From a virus (Duplodnaviria; Heunggongvirae; Uroviricota; Caudoviricetes), in the IMG/VR virus record IMGVR_UViG_2703718829_000008, positions 1 to 43,438 of that record: a stretch of 43,438 nucleotides of DNA; one strand, given 5' to 3'. This document shows, one piece after another, positions 1 through 10,138 of the stretch. The notes under the pieces were generated by a model. The model saw only the letters and a list, made by a program, of their open reading frames with translations, was not told the DNA's origin and did not search any database. Both the position numbers and the translations under genes were made by a program. Numbering within the stretch: the first letter of the stretch is position 1; each line of letters starts with the position of its first letter.

Positions 1-1083
1 ATGTCGTCTAATAATCGACTCCATTATCTTGATGGTATTCGTGGCTGGGCCGCAACTATTGTTGTCTTCGGGCACACCATGGGGGGCGTGATTGCAATTG
101 ACGCACCTAATTTTGTAAATCATCAATGGATGAGCTTTTTTACAAATGCTCATCTTGCTGTTTTGGTATTTTTTGTTTTATCAGGCTACGTCCTGAGCGT
201 TAGCCAAATCTACTCATCAAAACGTAATACTGCGGTATCCACCGTTGCAAGATTATTCAGATTGGCTCTTCCGATTCTGTTCGTAAGCCTTGTCGCATAT
301 ATCATGATGAGGTTAAACCTATTTTTCAATGTTCAAGCCGCTACTAATGACATATCGAAATCGTGGTTAGGGACATTTTTCAGGTTTGAGCCGTCACTAC
401 CTGGTGTATTTTCCTTTTCATTTTTCGATGTATTTTTCGCTTATGATACTCCGACATCATACAACTCTTCATTATGGACCATGCCTATAGAAATGGCTGG
501 GTCAATTCTAATTTATTCATACATAGCTATATTCAGAACTGAAAAATTCAACTGGATAATTTCTTCCATTTTAATAGTTTATTTCTATTTTTATAGCCCA
601 TTCATGTTCTGCTTTATGGTTGGGTATGTTCTGGCTGAACTGAAAAAAATTAACAACCTATACCTGAGTGGTAGAAATGAAATACCGTTGATATTTATTT
701 TCTTTGCCATGATCTATCTGGATACATACCATAGGCCGGTTGATGAGATTATTCAGGCGCTTGAGGCGGTAGTATTTGTTGTTGTAATATCTTACAGCAA
801 AACTTTATCATCGCTGTTCTCATCAAGAGCATCAAGATTTATGGGCAGGATTTCGTTTTCTCTATATCTAGTTCAGATACTGGTTATTTGCTCATGGTCT
901 TCGTACATGAAGATTTTACTATCAAACTCTGGTATTAATATAAATATTGCAGCCTCAATAAACCTCATATCATCCATGGCTTTGTGCATATTAACAGCAA
1001 GAGCCATGACTCCTATTGATGAATTTAGTGTTAAACACTCCAAAACCATTGCTTTTAAATTATTAAATTTATGCTCTAGGTAA
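1..1083 (+). CDS. Acyltransferase family 3 integral membrane protein (O-antigen acetylase-like lysogenic-conversion candidate)
   Basis: 360 aa, multi-pass hydrophobic, N-terminal 'LHYLDGIRGWAATIVVFGH' typical of acyltransferase_3; AT-rich; convergent with the tail fibre gene. Confidence 0.7.
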   Translation: MSSNNRLHYLDGIRGWAATIVVFGHTMGGVIAIDAPNFVNHQWMSFFTNAHLAVLVFFVLSGYVLSVSQIYSSKRNTAVSTVARLFRLALPILFVSLVAYIMMRLNLFFNVQAATNDISKSWLGTFFRFEPSLPGVFSFSFFDVFFAYDTPTSYNSSLWTMPIEMAGSILIYSYIAIFRTEKFNWIISSILIVYFYFYSPFMFCFMVGYVLAELKKINNLYLSGRNEIPLIFIFFAMIYLDTYHRPVDEIIQALEAVVFVVVISYSKTLSSLFSSRASRFMGRISFSLYLVQILVICSWSSYMKILLSNSGININIAASINLISSMALCILTARAMTPIDEFSVKHSKTIAFKLLNLCSR

Positions 1084-1696
1084 CCAAGTCGTCAAAATGC
1101 ACTTTAAGCCCCATAAGGGGCTTTCCATTCGCTCAGGTCTATCGAATCCACCATCCTGGCATACTAAAATGTTAATCGATATGCCATCAATCACTTCTTT
1201 CTCTTCATCCATTTCTGCCACGTAAATTGCGGCAATCGTATGGACGCTTTTCCTCAATTGGTTCATTATTTTTCCGATATGTCACACCCCATATTTAGAT
1301 TTCAACGTTATTAGATCACTCGCAAACTGTTCCTTCAGCATTGGATATTTAGCTTGCTAATGCTGCATGATTGCTTCCATCAGTTAAAGATGCAGAACTA
1401 AAAGCTAACGTAAGAAATGAAACATTCTCTTGATATGCTTTACTTAAGCTTTCCAGCTCTTTTTTGTATAGATAAGCATTTATTGTTGATTCTGAAATAA
1501 TTTTATACTCCAGCTACTGACAGAATTTACTATTTGATGAATTGTGTTTATCTCCTAATGAGTGCTTAACATTTTAATTCATTACAATTTCCTTATATTC
1601 AAGGTATTTTTCAAGATCTTGCTCACAACGGAATATTGATACTAATTGACTTTCATCATTAGTTGAAAGTTGGATGTATAGATTCATCAATAGTCC

Positions 1697-2851
1697 TTAA
1701 ATAGTATACCCACTTACACCAACAGTTAAGCTAGATACTGATGATGTTGTCCAAGTGAATGTATAATAAATTGTTTGAGGGTTCTGGATTAGAAGCTCAT
1801 AGTAAAAATCGACGCCAGTAGATCTACTTAAACCAGCATATGCCTGGAAATACCCTACATCCTGGGTATCAGAAGCAATTGAAGCAGCTGCATAACCATC
1901 ACCTTCCCCTGTGTTACAAAACACATAACCAGTACAGGTTGCTGCGTTTTTCGGGATCGCGTTTGTAAGAGAAATTGGAGTATACCCACCTGGGTTGCTA
2001 CTGGTTGACAGTACATCAACTCGCTGGGTAGCGAACTTTCTCCCTCTTTGGTACCCAATTTTTAACAGCGCCCCAGATGTTGTTCCCCACACCGATACCA
2101 AAGCGCTCGCCGTATATCCTGCTGGCATGTTTGCACCACCATATACCGTGGGAGCAATAATAGAAGTGACGTCCTGAGCAAGTAATGCCGAGGTATCTGT
2201 CGTCGGGTTATAAATCAGGTAAATTGCAACCCAACCACTGGCTGGCGCACTACCAGTATCCATGCCACCCGCCCCAGTCGTGGTGAGATTGATGGTTTTG
2301 TTGACCGAGCTTAAACGGTACTGCTTACCAGATAATGACTCACCAACAATGACTTGATCAGCAGTGAACGTTGCTGATGCCGACGCTATTGCCACGCTCA
2401 TTTTCTGGTTAACAGCCTGACCAACCACGCCGGTGAATGATTCTCGCATCTTGAGGTAATCACTTAGCGGCGACCACCCAGCTGAAGAAGTATTAGGGTC
2501 GTTTGTGTTGTTGTTGATAGTGCTGATATAAATCGTTGCGCCGTCATCACTGATGAGAACAGCTCCAAGAGGATACCCTCCAACCGCCGTTGAAAAATCT
2601 GAGTCAAAAGCATTAAGAGCGCCTGCGCTAGACCATCTGCAAAGGGAAGACAACTCATACAAGATTTGATTCATGTCCTGCCCTTTGGGAGGAAGGCCCC
2701 CGGCAGATTTCAAAATCATTGTTATTGGTGGGAATCCTAAATCGTAGGATGCTGTATTATCTCCAGCTGGAGTTGTCGGCAGAAGATCCTCTCTTTGACC
2801 ATTTACTCCAAAAGGTTTTGGTTGTTTTTTGGGTGAGTCAGAGCGATTCAT
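1697..2851 (-). CDS. Tail fibre protein
   Basis: 384 aa; N-terminal conserved tail-fibre motif (GGLPPKGQDMNQIL...), Gly/Ser/Thr-rich distal part; last gene of the tail module. Confidence 0.6.
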   Translation of the reverse strand: MNRSDSPKKQPKPFGVNGQREDLLPTTPAGDNTASYDLGFPPITMILKSAGGLPPKGQDMNQILYELSSLCRWSSAGALNAFDSDFSTAVGGYPLGAVLISDDGATIYISTINNNTNDPNTSSAGWSPLSDYLKMRESFTGVVGQAVNQKMSVAIASASATFTADQVIVGESLSGKQYRLSSVNKTINLTTTGAGGMDTGSAPASGWVAIYLIYNPTTDTSALLAQDVTSIIAPTVYGGANMPAGYTASALVSVWGTTSGALLKIGYQRGRKFATQRVDVLSTSSNPGGYTPISLTNAIPKNAATCTGYVFCNTGEGDGYAAASIASDTQDVGYFQAYAGLSRSTGVDFYYELLIQNPQTIYYTFTWTTSSVSSLTVGVSGYTI

Positions 2852-2853
2852 AC

Positions 2854-3492
2854 TTAATTCCTATAAAATGTGCCATCATTAAACGGGTAGGCGTCAGATG
2901 AAAAACCGAAATAAGGACTAATAATTTTTCGAATATTTACCTGAACACCACTAGGAACTGGCATTACTTCATAATTTGTGAGAATAGATTCCTCGTATGG
3001 TGCAAGTTCAAACTCGAATGTTATTCCAATGGTCATATCTCGATAATTCACACAGTATGCCCTTCCTCTTTGAAAAAATAATATCTTTAAAAACTTGTTG
3101 ATTTCTGGAATCGTAGCAATACTTATGTTCGTAAACGCTTTGCAAAATATGAGTGTTCTGTAAGCCTCGTCACTCAATCTAACATTTGTTGTCTCCTGTG
3201 CTCCTCCAAAAAAAGGAGAGTTGTTGAACGGAGCGGGGTAATTTGGTTCTGCATTATCAGCTTCACTGAATCCGAAGGAATTGGTCTCTATAGGTGAGTT
3301 AATATAGCGACTTATCCCTACTATTTTCCCCCACATATCCAGGCCGAATGTATCACAGGTAGTCAAATCCCATACTTTTTTAATAAACTCATCAGTGAAA
3401 TCATCAAGGCTAATTGCCTGATTAAAGGTATCAATGATGGATAGTAATTTTTTGCTTGCAGAGTACTGGGTAAGAATTGTGTCCTCCCACAT
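2854..3492 (-). CDS. Tail/baseplate-associated protein
   Basis: 212 aa ORF tightly packed between tail fibre and baseplate J-like gene. Confidence 0.35.
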   Translation of the reverse strand: MWEDTILTQYSASKKLLSIIDTFNQAISLDDFTDEFIKKVWDLTTCDTFGLDMWGKIVGISRYINSPIETNSFGFSEADNAEPNYPAPFNNSPFFGGAQETTNVRLSDEAYRTLIFCKAFTNISIATIPEINKFLKILFFQRGRAYCVNYRDMTIGITFEFELAPYEESILTNYEVMPVPSGVQVNIRKIISPYFGFSSDAYPFNDGTFYRN

Positions 3493-3502
3493 ACATTTCC
3501 CC

Positions 3503-4732
3503 CTACGATAATGTAACAGTGATATCTGATTCCTGAATGGTTGGAACCTGGTCTATGCCCATAGTCACAGCCGGTCCGTATAGTGAACCATCGAGAGAAA
3601 CTTCAAGAGACAAAATTCCAACTGTATCAGGAGATATTGAAATAACAGGGGCATAGTATTTACCAGCATTTATCGTCGAACCAATTCGTGCCTTTCCAAT
3701 ACCCTCATATCCTCCATTGAACACAGTGACAATCATTTCCTTTACTTGTTTAGTAATATCACTTGGGGGATTTAGTGAAGCATCGACATTTACCTTAAAG
3801 TAAACCCGCGTAGGTGATGCCTTTTGCCATTGCATTACATAAGATGGATATGGCGGCATGTAATTAACGTTATCGTAAACAGTGAACGTTGTATTACCAT
3901 TCATATTGGCCCCGGGGTTATAAGTATTGAATATTGACTCAGCAACATCCGTATCAGCCCCGCCATAAACACAAATATAAACAGAATGCGCAAGAATCGG
4001 GAAATTCGTTGTTCCTTTATTTACTGTTTCTGCAGTTCTGTTTGACCATACGTAAGCATCAAGCACACCATCAGTCGCAAGTAACGCGGCTAATGTAGAT
4101 GCGTCCTGATTTCGACTGTTTCTGGCAACTGATTGTCTCCGGCGAGTTTCAAAGGCGATCCGTGATTCAACATCAACACCAACGACTCCAGGGCTAGTAT
4201 TATTTACAGCATCCCACCCGGAAACGGCTCGATAAATCTGGTTCAGTGAACCTGCGGCACACGGAATCGGCCCGGTTGTTGTGTTGACAAACTGCACATC
4301 AACAGAGCCTGATGAGGGTATTACAGCATTATCAATTGACTGATATATATACCCGCTCGTATCCACAGCGGTACTCCCTGCTGGTATTGTTGTTCCAACC
4401 TGACCAATGCATGTTGCTGTAACAACTGTCCCCTGAGCAGCGATCCGCTCCATAAAGTAAATCCGACCAATCCCGTCCTGGAATCTGCCGGTTGAAAAGT
4501 CAGGGTTAATTTGATTAAACAAACAAAGAAGCTTGTCGTATTCCTGAGCGATAATTTCAGTGTCAGACTGGGCGATCTGCCCTTGCGGTGAACTCAGTGA
4601 CTGACTTGCGCCACCGCCAAGGGCCGTTGACATGTCTGTAAGTCTTCCCGCCAATACATCTGCTATATCGGGGACTGAAAGACCGTTTTCAGTGATGGTT
4701 ACATCAGGAACAGCCGTATTTAATGTCGTCAT
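3503..4732 (-). CDS. Baseplate J-like protein
   Basis: 409 aa, position and size typical of baseplate J; 4-nt overlap with upstream gene. Confidence 0.45.
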   Translation of the reverse strand: MTTLNTAVPDVTITENGLSVPDIADVLAGRLTDMSTALGGGASQSLSSPQGQIAQSDTEIIAQEYDKLLCLFNQINPDFSTGRFQDGIGRIYFMERIAAQGTVVTATCIGQVGTTIPAGSTAVDTSGYIYQSIDNAVIPSSGSVDVQFVNTTTGPIPCAAGSLNQIYRAVSGWDAVNNTSPGVVGVDVESRIAFETRRRQSVARNSRNQDASTLAALLATDGVLDAYVWSNRTAETVNKGTTNFPILAHSVYICVYGGADTDVAESIFNTYNPGANMNGNTTFTVYDNVNYMPPYPSYVMQWQKASPTRVYFKVNVDASLNPPSDITKQVKEMIVTVFNGGYEGIGKARIGSTINAGKYYAPVISISPDTVGILSLEVSLDGSLYGPAVTMGIDQVPTIQESDITVTLS

Positions 4733-5088
4733 AAGGTGGCCTGTGCAATATTACCATTGATATCTGTAACGCGGATTGTCCCGCGAGTTGTGCGTGTATT
4801 CTTGTCAAAGAAAACTGACGCCAGAGCATCCTCAACAACGGGTAATTTGAGTGCTTCAGCCTGCATTTTCTGAGCAATAAAACCAGGAGATGGTCGCCTG
4901 CCAAGAACTTCTGCCTTCCATGGGATCCCAAGTGTATTGTCGTAATAACACTCTCCTGAAAACACCAGGCATGCACTGGCGACATCCTGAGCAACAGAAT
5001 ATGATTCTTCTGCGATCGCCAGATTGCCATTTCCGTCAAGCGTCAAGTCCCACGTAGAAGTGTCCAGCTGCATAGTTCTGTATGTCAT
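4729..5088 (-). CDS. Baseplate W/gp25-like protein
   Basis: 119 aa, synteny between spike-like and J-like genes. Confidence 0.35.
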   Translation of the reverse strand: MTYRTMQLDTSTWDLTLDGNGNLAIAEESYSVAQDVASACLVFSGECYYDNTLGIPWKAEVLGRRPSPGFIAQKMQAEALKLPVVEDALASVFFDKNTRTTRGTIRVTDINGNIAQATL

Positions 5089-5777
5089 GTCGGTTTATCC
5101 GTTGCATTGGAATTTATTGTTGACCCACCACTTTGTATTCCTGAAACAGAATGTTTGTGATTGTTATAGTTGTCCCTTAAATTTTTAACAGTAGATGACT
5201 GTGAACTTGCGTTATCCTGAATATCACCGCTAACTTTAAGTAAAGGAGTATTCATGTTGACTCCATCAGGAGCATCAATATTTAACGATGAACATTTAAT
5301 ATTTAGTGGGTTAGGCGTGGTTATGTTTATTGCACCATCAGCAAATTCAATGAATTGAGTAGGTGCAATATTTAATACCCCACCAAGATAAATTGCATCA
5401 GATTTACTGTGTCGCCTTTTGCTTCCAGGTACTGATTCTTTACGATTTTTTCTTACCAGTGATGTGTCTTTGTCGCATATCGCAATCAGACCAATATCAC
5501 CCGCCACAGGGTCCATAATTACAGCGCTGTTTCCTCTCTGCAACCGCCATACGGGAAGATCATATAAAACCGAGTTAGAAATCATTTTTCCTGTACGGTC
5601 TGTTCTGGTTAGTAAAGGAAGAGCGTCAACAACTAAATCCGGTGCTTTCCCCCTGACTTCCTGAACTCTCGCTAACTCAATGAAGAAATATCCAGACATC
5701 ATCATCTCAAAAATATATTCCTGAGATTGAGCCTCACTTACCTGAGCAGGCGTTGGAGTAAATAGTTGCTTATCCAT
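5085..5777 (-). CDS. Baseplate spike (gpV-like) protein
   Basis: Start chosen at internal Met (MDKQLFTP) giving an 8-nt overlap with the upstream gene; the track ORF extends to 5870. Confidence 0.35.
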   Translation of the reverse strand: MDKQLFTPTPAQVSEAQSQEYIFEMMMSGYFFIELARVQEVRGKAPDLVVDALPLLTRTDRTGKMISNSVLYDLPVWRLQRGNSAVIMDPVAGDIGLIAICDKDTSLVRKNRKESVPGSKRRHSKSDAIYLGGVLNIAPTQFIEFADGAINITTPNPLNIKCSSLNIDAPDGVNMNTPLLKVSGDIQDNASSQSSTVKNLRDNYNNHKHSVSGIQSGGSTINSNATDKPT

Positions 5778-6759
5778 TATTCTGTTGCGCCTCTGCTCTT
5801 TGTTCCGCTGTTCTGGCGGCAATACATATTGAGTGCCATGAACCATTTGGCATCCATGATGATAACTCATGCCGAACGGAGGTTAACTTATACCTTCCGC
5901 TTGCATGTGGTAGTTCTGTTTTGATATCCACATATCTTCCAATGCAAAGGAGAGATGAATATTGCGTCTGAAACATCAGTCCCCCATTTGAAAATACAGG
6001 ATATCCAACAAGTCCGTATTCTCTGGATATAAACGGAATTACATCGTCTCTGTTTTTTTCTGAAGGCCAGAACTCTACTTTTGTCGGTGGCGTAGCTGAC
6101 ATCGCCAGTCCATAATCTGAACAGACCCTATAAAGTTGCTCAAAAACACTTCCTTCAAAATGCGGACTTCCTGATGTTGTCATCCCTTTTACATTATTAA
6201 ACACAGCTTCATAACCTGCACTTGCACAAATGGATGAGATGACATCTTCAACACTTTGCGCCCCCTGCGCTGTAAACGGGCTTGCTGGCATGTTCTGTAA
6301 ATCAACATTAGAAGAGGCTGTTATCATCAGACTGCTTTCAGGAGCAGAATTCATGTTTGCTATTGATGAAAGCATCGTGCCGGAGAAAACAAGAGAATCA
6401 TCAGCAAATACCTCAACATTTAACTTCTGACCTTCCCCAACAATACCATCAGCCTTCCCTGATATATCAGCAAGTCTTTCGATTCCTAACCCGTAAAGAG
6501 ATATATCAGCCTGAGCACCTCCCCGACCGGTAACAAAGTTCAGGGATACTGTTGACTTAACATTTCTGATGGAGATTTTATTGTTTCCATTTTTATCAAA
6601 TGCTGATGATTCATTCGTGAAGTCAAACCGAAGACTGTGATTTTTATACAAGCTCGTTTTCCTCGATGTAATACAGCAAGTAACGGCTACCCAAGCCTTC
6701 CCATCGCGGGTCCGATTCCCCATCATTATCAATGAAAATAAGGTCTCCCTTAAATCCAA
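5770..6759 (-). CDS. Baseplate/tail protein (start uncertain; possible TTG start near 6651)
   Basis: 329-aa track ORF overlaps the upstream 100-aa ORF by 116 nt, so the true start is probably internal. Confidence 0.3.
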   Translation of the reverse strand: MDLRETLFSLIMMGNRTRDGKAWVAVTCCITSRKTSLYKNHSLRFDFTNESSAFDKNGNNKISIRNVKSTVSLNFVTGRGGAQADISLYGLGIERLADISGKADGIVGEGQKLNVEVFADDSLVFSGTMLSSIANMNSAPESSLMITASSNVDLQNMPASPFTAQGAQSVEDVISSICASAGYEAVFNNVKGMTTSGSPHFEGSVFEQLYRVCSDYGLAMSATPPTKVEFWPSEKNRDDVIPFISREYGLVGYPVFSNGGLMFQTQYSSLLCIGRYVDIKTELPHASGRYKLTSVRHELSSWMPNGSWHSICIAARTAEQRAEAQQNNG

Positions 6760-6946
6760 GGTAGGAATATCTTACCATCTTATTCCCATGCAGACATGGA
6801 ACGCCCTGCATAATTGGGACTTCATTAACAGTTAAATCCATGTACATAAAACTCTGTCGCTGAACAAGTTTTATATTACATTGCTGACCAGCCAGACTTA
6901 CCGAAATGGACTGAGATTTGCTGGGAAGAACAGATACTGTAATCAT
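6644..6946 (-). CDS. Small tail protein
   Basis: 100 aa ORF, 4-nt overlap with upstream gene. Confidence 0.3.
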   Translation of the reverse strand: MITVSVLPSKSQSISVSLAGQQCNIKLVQRQSFMYMDLTVNEVPIMQGVPCLHGNKMVRYSYLGFKGDLIFIDNDGESDPRWEGLGSRYLLYYIEENELV

Positions 6947-7758
6947 GTACTCGCCTTAACTATATTTTTTGCAATATCTGCCGCTTTTTTTGTTGCGCTG
7001 TTTGTGACTTCGAGTATTGGTTTGGATACCGTATCAAGAGCACTCTGAAATTCAGTCTTGATTGTGCCGGAGATTTTTCCAGTGATTTCGCCAACAGATG
7101 ACTTCAGTGATGACCATGATTTACTTAGCTCATCGACAGTAGATTCCCTGGCTCCGCCATTGGTTATTTGCGGATCAACTCCTACATCTCCCTGTGACTT
7201 ATTGTTATCCGTTGGCTTCTGTTCTGACTGAGGTCCAGAGAGGATAACCTCCATTTGCTGAATGACCTCCTGAAAATCAAGATAAACCGTCAGAAGAGTC
7301 ACCCCCTTTTGAGAGTTAACTTCGTAATAGTGGTCAACAAGGTCGAAACTCTCCAGAGTTTCCTTTGGCGTTTCAATATCGTATGTTTTTGCAGAGGACA
7401 GCATCGTTTTGATTGTGTTCAGCGTGCTGTTCTGGCTTGTGAATGTGAGATCGAAAATATTCGGGATGTTGCCGGAAAAACCAGTAAGACCATTTACGAT
7501 GATTGCGCATCTTACCCGGGCGGGTTCTTTAACTTTGTTGATGGACTGGTATTTCCCTTTCTCCACCGGAGCGTTTGTTATTTGCGCCCTTCCGCTTGGC
7601 TGTACGGATGCCATACCACTGAACTCAAGAGCAACCTCGCCAGTTTCCCTGTCACGAATCACATACTGAGGATGCAGAACGCTGTCGATGATCGAAAGCG
7701 GAGAGCCACCACCGATAGCATTGAATATGTCTGCTGTGTTTAAATCGATTATGCCCAT
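6943..7758 (-). CDS. Tail protein, first gene of the baseplate block
   Basis: 271 aa; ATG at 7758 immediately downstream of the bidirectional terminator. Confidence 0.3.
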   Translation of the reverse strand: MGIIDLNTADIFNAIGGGSPLSIIDSVLHPQYVIRDRETGEVALEFSGMASVQPSGRAQITNAPVEKGKYQSINKVKEPARVRCAIIVNGLTGFSGNIPNIFDLTFTSQNSTLNTIKTMLSSAKTYDIETPKETLESFDLVDHYYEVNSQKGVTLLTVYLDFQEVIQQMEVILSGPQSEQKPTDNNKSQGDVGVDPQITNGGARESTVDELSKSWSSLKSSVGEITGKISGTIKTEFQSALDTVSKPILEVTNSATKKAADIAKNIVKAST

Positions 7759-7770
7759 CTACTCTCCATT

Positions 7771-7805
7771 AAACAAAAACCCAGCCGAAGCTGGGTTGTT
7801 TTTTA
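7771..7805. terminator. Bidirectional rho-independent terminator
   Basis: Stem CCCAGC/GCTGGG with CGAA loop, flanked by A-tract (7771-7779) and T-tract (7796-7804). Confidence 0.55.
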
Positions 7806-7818
7806 TAAAAAGATTTAA

Positions 7819-8631
7819 TTAGGCTGCGGTAGAAACATTAACTAGATTTCTCAATACTTCAACTCCTTTTGAGTTGTAGCGGAATGCTTCCACCTGTTTG
7901 CTGGAATGCGCCGATTTATCCAGGAAGAACTTCCCGTACTGCTCAGTTTTGAGGTTGTTTGCGTTAGCAATGCGACCAATCTTGTTGGCCGTTACTCCAA
8001 GCTGCTCTGCAACCTCCCCTGCTGAGTAGTAATGCTCTTCTATTGCCGGAAGGGGTATTGCATTAAAACCAACGATCGGGTTGATTATGCTTGCGGCCGC
8101 AGTCTGCTTTGCTTCCGGCGCAAGATTTGGCATCAAATCGAACAGATTGGTAACAGCTTCAACCGTCATTTTCAATGTTCGCGCTTGACGATACTCAACA
8201 AGTCCACTCGCTGATTTACCGCTTTTAATGTGCGCTTCTTGCATACTTTCAAGTTGGTCTACCAGTGAGCGGCGAACGGCTTTTGACTCGCGAGCGGCAA
8301 CTCGAAGGGCTTGCTTAATTGACATAACAACTTTTTCAGAACTTGTCTTGTTTGATTTTTGAACTACGAAAATTTCGTAGTGCTCACCTTCAAGTTCATC
8401 CTTAATGCGTGCAATAAAGTCGTTATTGCGGACTTCTTTTTCCCCGCACTGTCTACGAGCATGATTGACCATCTCTAACAGGTACTGGCTATCAATGGGT
8501 TTATCCGTGACAACGGATCCGATGTTTGCTACATTCTTAAAAGTCATTAGGCATTCCTTATGTGGTAGTAAGGGTGTGACATAGGCCGCCAGCAGCACAC
8601 TGGCGGTTTTTTTCACCGCCAGATGCGTCAT
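7819..8631 (-). CDS. Putative regulatory/antirepressor-associated protein
   Basis: 270 aa; start overlaps ant-like stop (TAATG); C-terminal HTH-like segment. Confidence 0.35.
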   Translation of the reverse strand: MTHLAVKKTASVLLAAYVTPLLPHKECLMTFKNVANIGSVVTDKPIDSQYLLEMVNHARRQCGEKEVRNNDFIARIKDELEGEHYEIFVVQKSNKTSSEKVVMSIKQALRVAARESKAVRRSLVDQLESMQEAHIKSGKSASGLVEYRQARTLKMTVEAVTNLFDLMPNLAPEAKQTAAASIINPIVGFNAIPLPAIEEHYYSAGEVAEQLGVTANKIGRIANANNLKTEQYGKFFLDKSAHSSKQVEAFRYNSKGVEVLRNLVNVSTAA

Positions 8632-9554
8632 TAATACAGATGAACAGAAGGCGGCAATTCTTTATTCTTAAGCCTTATCCATGCGGAAAGATTTGTTGGT
8701 CCGTCTGGCTCATTGATATCAACATCTCGTGTGTGGTTGATTAAAACGTCTCTCGCCGTTCCGATAACATACGAGAACTCATGGCCGTAGTCGTAGCACC
8801 TGCCAGAATAGTTTGATTGAATGTGCTTTAGCGCCGGATACAGTTCGCGGAATAATGCCTGTGAGCGGTTGGCATAATCCCATAACCATACAAGGCTGTT
8901 TGCTTCTTTTGCAGAAAGCTCGTTGGTTTTCTTCTCTTGTTTGCCGATGAACTCACCTTCAAGTGGAACTCGAGCTGCAAGTGACAGTGCTTCGGCAAAC
9001 TGCTCCTCACTGATTTCTTTGTATGAACACCCAAAATGAGATTTCAGTGACGACCACATGGTGATCATCGCCTTAGCCTGTTTTTCTTTTGGCAGAGACT
9101 GACCTCGACTCATGACGAGTTGTTTAATGGCTTCCTGCTGTTCAGTGGTGATTTTCCCCGGCAACGCCTTTTTAGCTTTGCGTGGATTAACCACATGGCC
9201 TTTAGTCCAGTACTCGTAGAGCACATCGTCACACTCTTCCTGATACTGGATTACCTTGTCGCGGATTTCAGGACGGACTTTGTTAGGACTGATGCTGTTC
9301 AACCAAGCTGCCAATTTTCGTAAAGCCATACAAATCATGGCTTGCACCCCACCGGCAGAAGGTATGGTGATTTCCACCATACCCTTCGAGAAGCGTTGAG
9401 AAATCTTCTTATGTTGAGATTTCCAATCTAGCCCCATTCCCTCAACGATAGGTTTCATTGGGGTGTACGGTTCGCCGTTGTGATTGACAACATAAAGCTC
9501 TGCGCCGTGGAATGGTACATTGATAGTTGATACCGCTGTTGCTATACTTTTCAT
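8631..9554 (-). CDS. Antirepressor-like protein (AntA-type N-terminal domain)
   Basis: 307 aa; lies downstream of an Arc-like gene and divergent from an Mnt-like gene, as in P22 immI. Confidence 0.55.
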   Translation of the reverse strand: MKSIATAVSTINVPFHGAELYVVNHNGEPYTPMKPIVEGMGLDWKSQHKKISQRFSKGMVEITIPSAGGVQAMICMALRKLAAWLNSISPNKVRPEIRDKVIQYQEECDDVLYEYWTKGHVVNPRKAKKALPGKITTEQQEAIKQLVMSRGQSLPKEKQAKAMITMWSSLKSHFGCSYKEISEEQFAEALSLAARVPLEGEFIGKQEKKTNELSAKEANSLVWLWDYANRSQALFRELYPALKHIQSNYSGRCYDYGHEFSYVIGTARDVLINHTRDVDINEPDGPTNLSAWIRLKNKELPPSVHLY

Positions 9555-9620
9555 GTCAGTTTTTCCTCAATACTTACTGGCGATTTAAGCCCTAGATACT
9601 CGCAATATCTGGGGCTTTAC

Positions 9621-9767
9621 TCATTCTGGACAAACAATCCCGTCCTTAGCTACCGACTCCTTAAGCCTCCTCAACACCTCATTGCTGAATGACCGATCAT
9701 CCTTTTTCGCTGACTGCTCCAAAGCTTTTTCGAGCCATTCTGGCATCCTTAACGTTTTTACTTTCAT
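9621..9767 (-). CDS. Arc-like ribbon-helix-helix repressor (48 aa, below track cutoff)
   Basis: Hand translation MKVKTLRMPEWLEKALEQSAKKDDRSFSNEVLRRLKESVAKDGIVCPE; SD AGGAGC 4 nt upstream of ATG. Confidence 0.5.
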   Translation of the reverse strand: MKVKTLRMPEWLEKALEQSAKKDDRSFSNEVLRRLKESVAKDGIVCPE

Positions 9768-9780
9768 TTTCGCTCCTTTG

Positions 9781-9836
9781 GTATGCGGTACGCATACATA
9801 GTATGTAGGTACGCATTGATAGTCAATAGATACCTA
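9781..9836. promoter_or_regulatory. Divergent promoter/operator region between arc-like and mnt-like genes
   Basis: Three palindromes: GTATGC-n5-GCATAC (9781-9797), TACATA-G-TATGTA (9795-9807), ATTGA-TAG-TCAAT (9815-9827). Confidence 0.4.
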
Positions 9837-9872
9837 CATATCCTGTGGTAAAAAATTATTCAGGATACGCTG

Positions 9873-10115
9873 ATGTCTGAACGCAGGTACAAGAACCCAC
9901 AAGTTAATCTTCGACTTCCTGTGGAGATAAAGGATCGCCTAACCGCGTTAGCTGAGGCGAATGGCAGATCTTTAAATGCAGAAATGGTTGCAGCTCTAAG
10001 TGCGTGGGCAGAAGAAAATAAACATGTTCACTCACTTAGCCTTTCTTCCTTAACCGAAAGATTAATAGCTCTTGAGAGAGAGGTTGCAGCCCTTAAAGAA
10101 GCAAACATCAAGTAA
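9873..10115 (+). CDS. Mnt/Arc-family ribbon-helix-helix repressor
   Basis: 80 aa; 'LTALAEANGRSLNAEMV' resembles P22 Mnt 'AEANGRSMNSEL'; divergent from arc/ant. Confidence 0.6.
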   Translation: MSERRYKNPQVNLRLPVEIKDRLTALAEANGRSLNAEMVAALSAWAEENKHVHSLSLSSLTERLIALEREVAALKEANIK

Positions 10116-10138
10116 GAAGACGATATTACGAGGTTGCT

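Noticed and set aside
1855-2658. Short track ORFs overlapping the tail fibre gene (1855-2058, 1995-2177, 2464-2658), and many similar ones elsewhere (for example 5419-5664, 7255-7743, 13994-14182, 24555-24761, 31532-32056)
   Set aside because: They are embedded in or antisense to long, well-supported phage genes, have odd composition and lack ribosome-binding sites; most likely chance ORFs.
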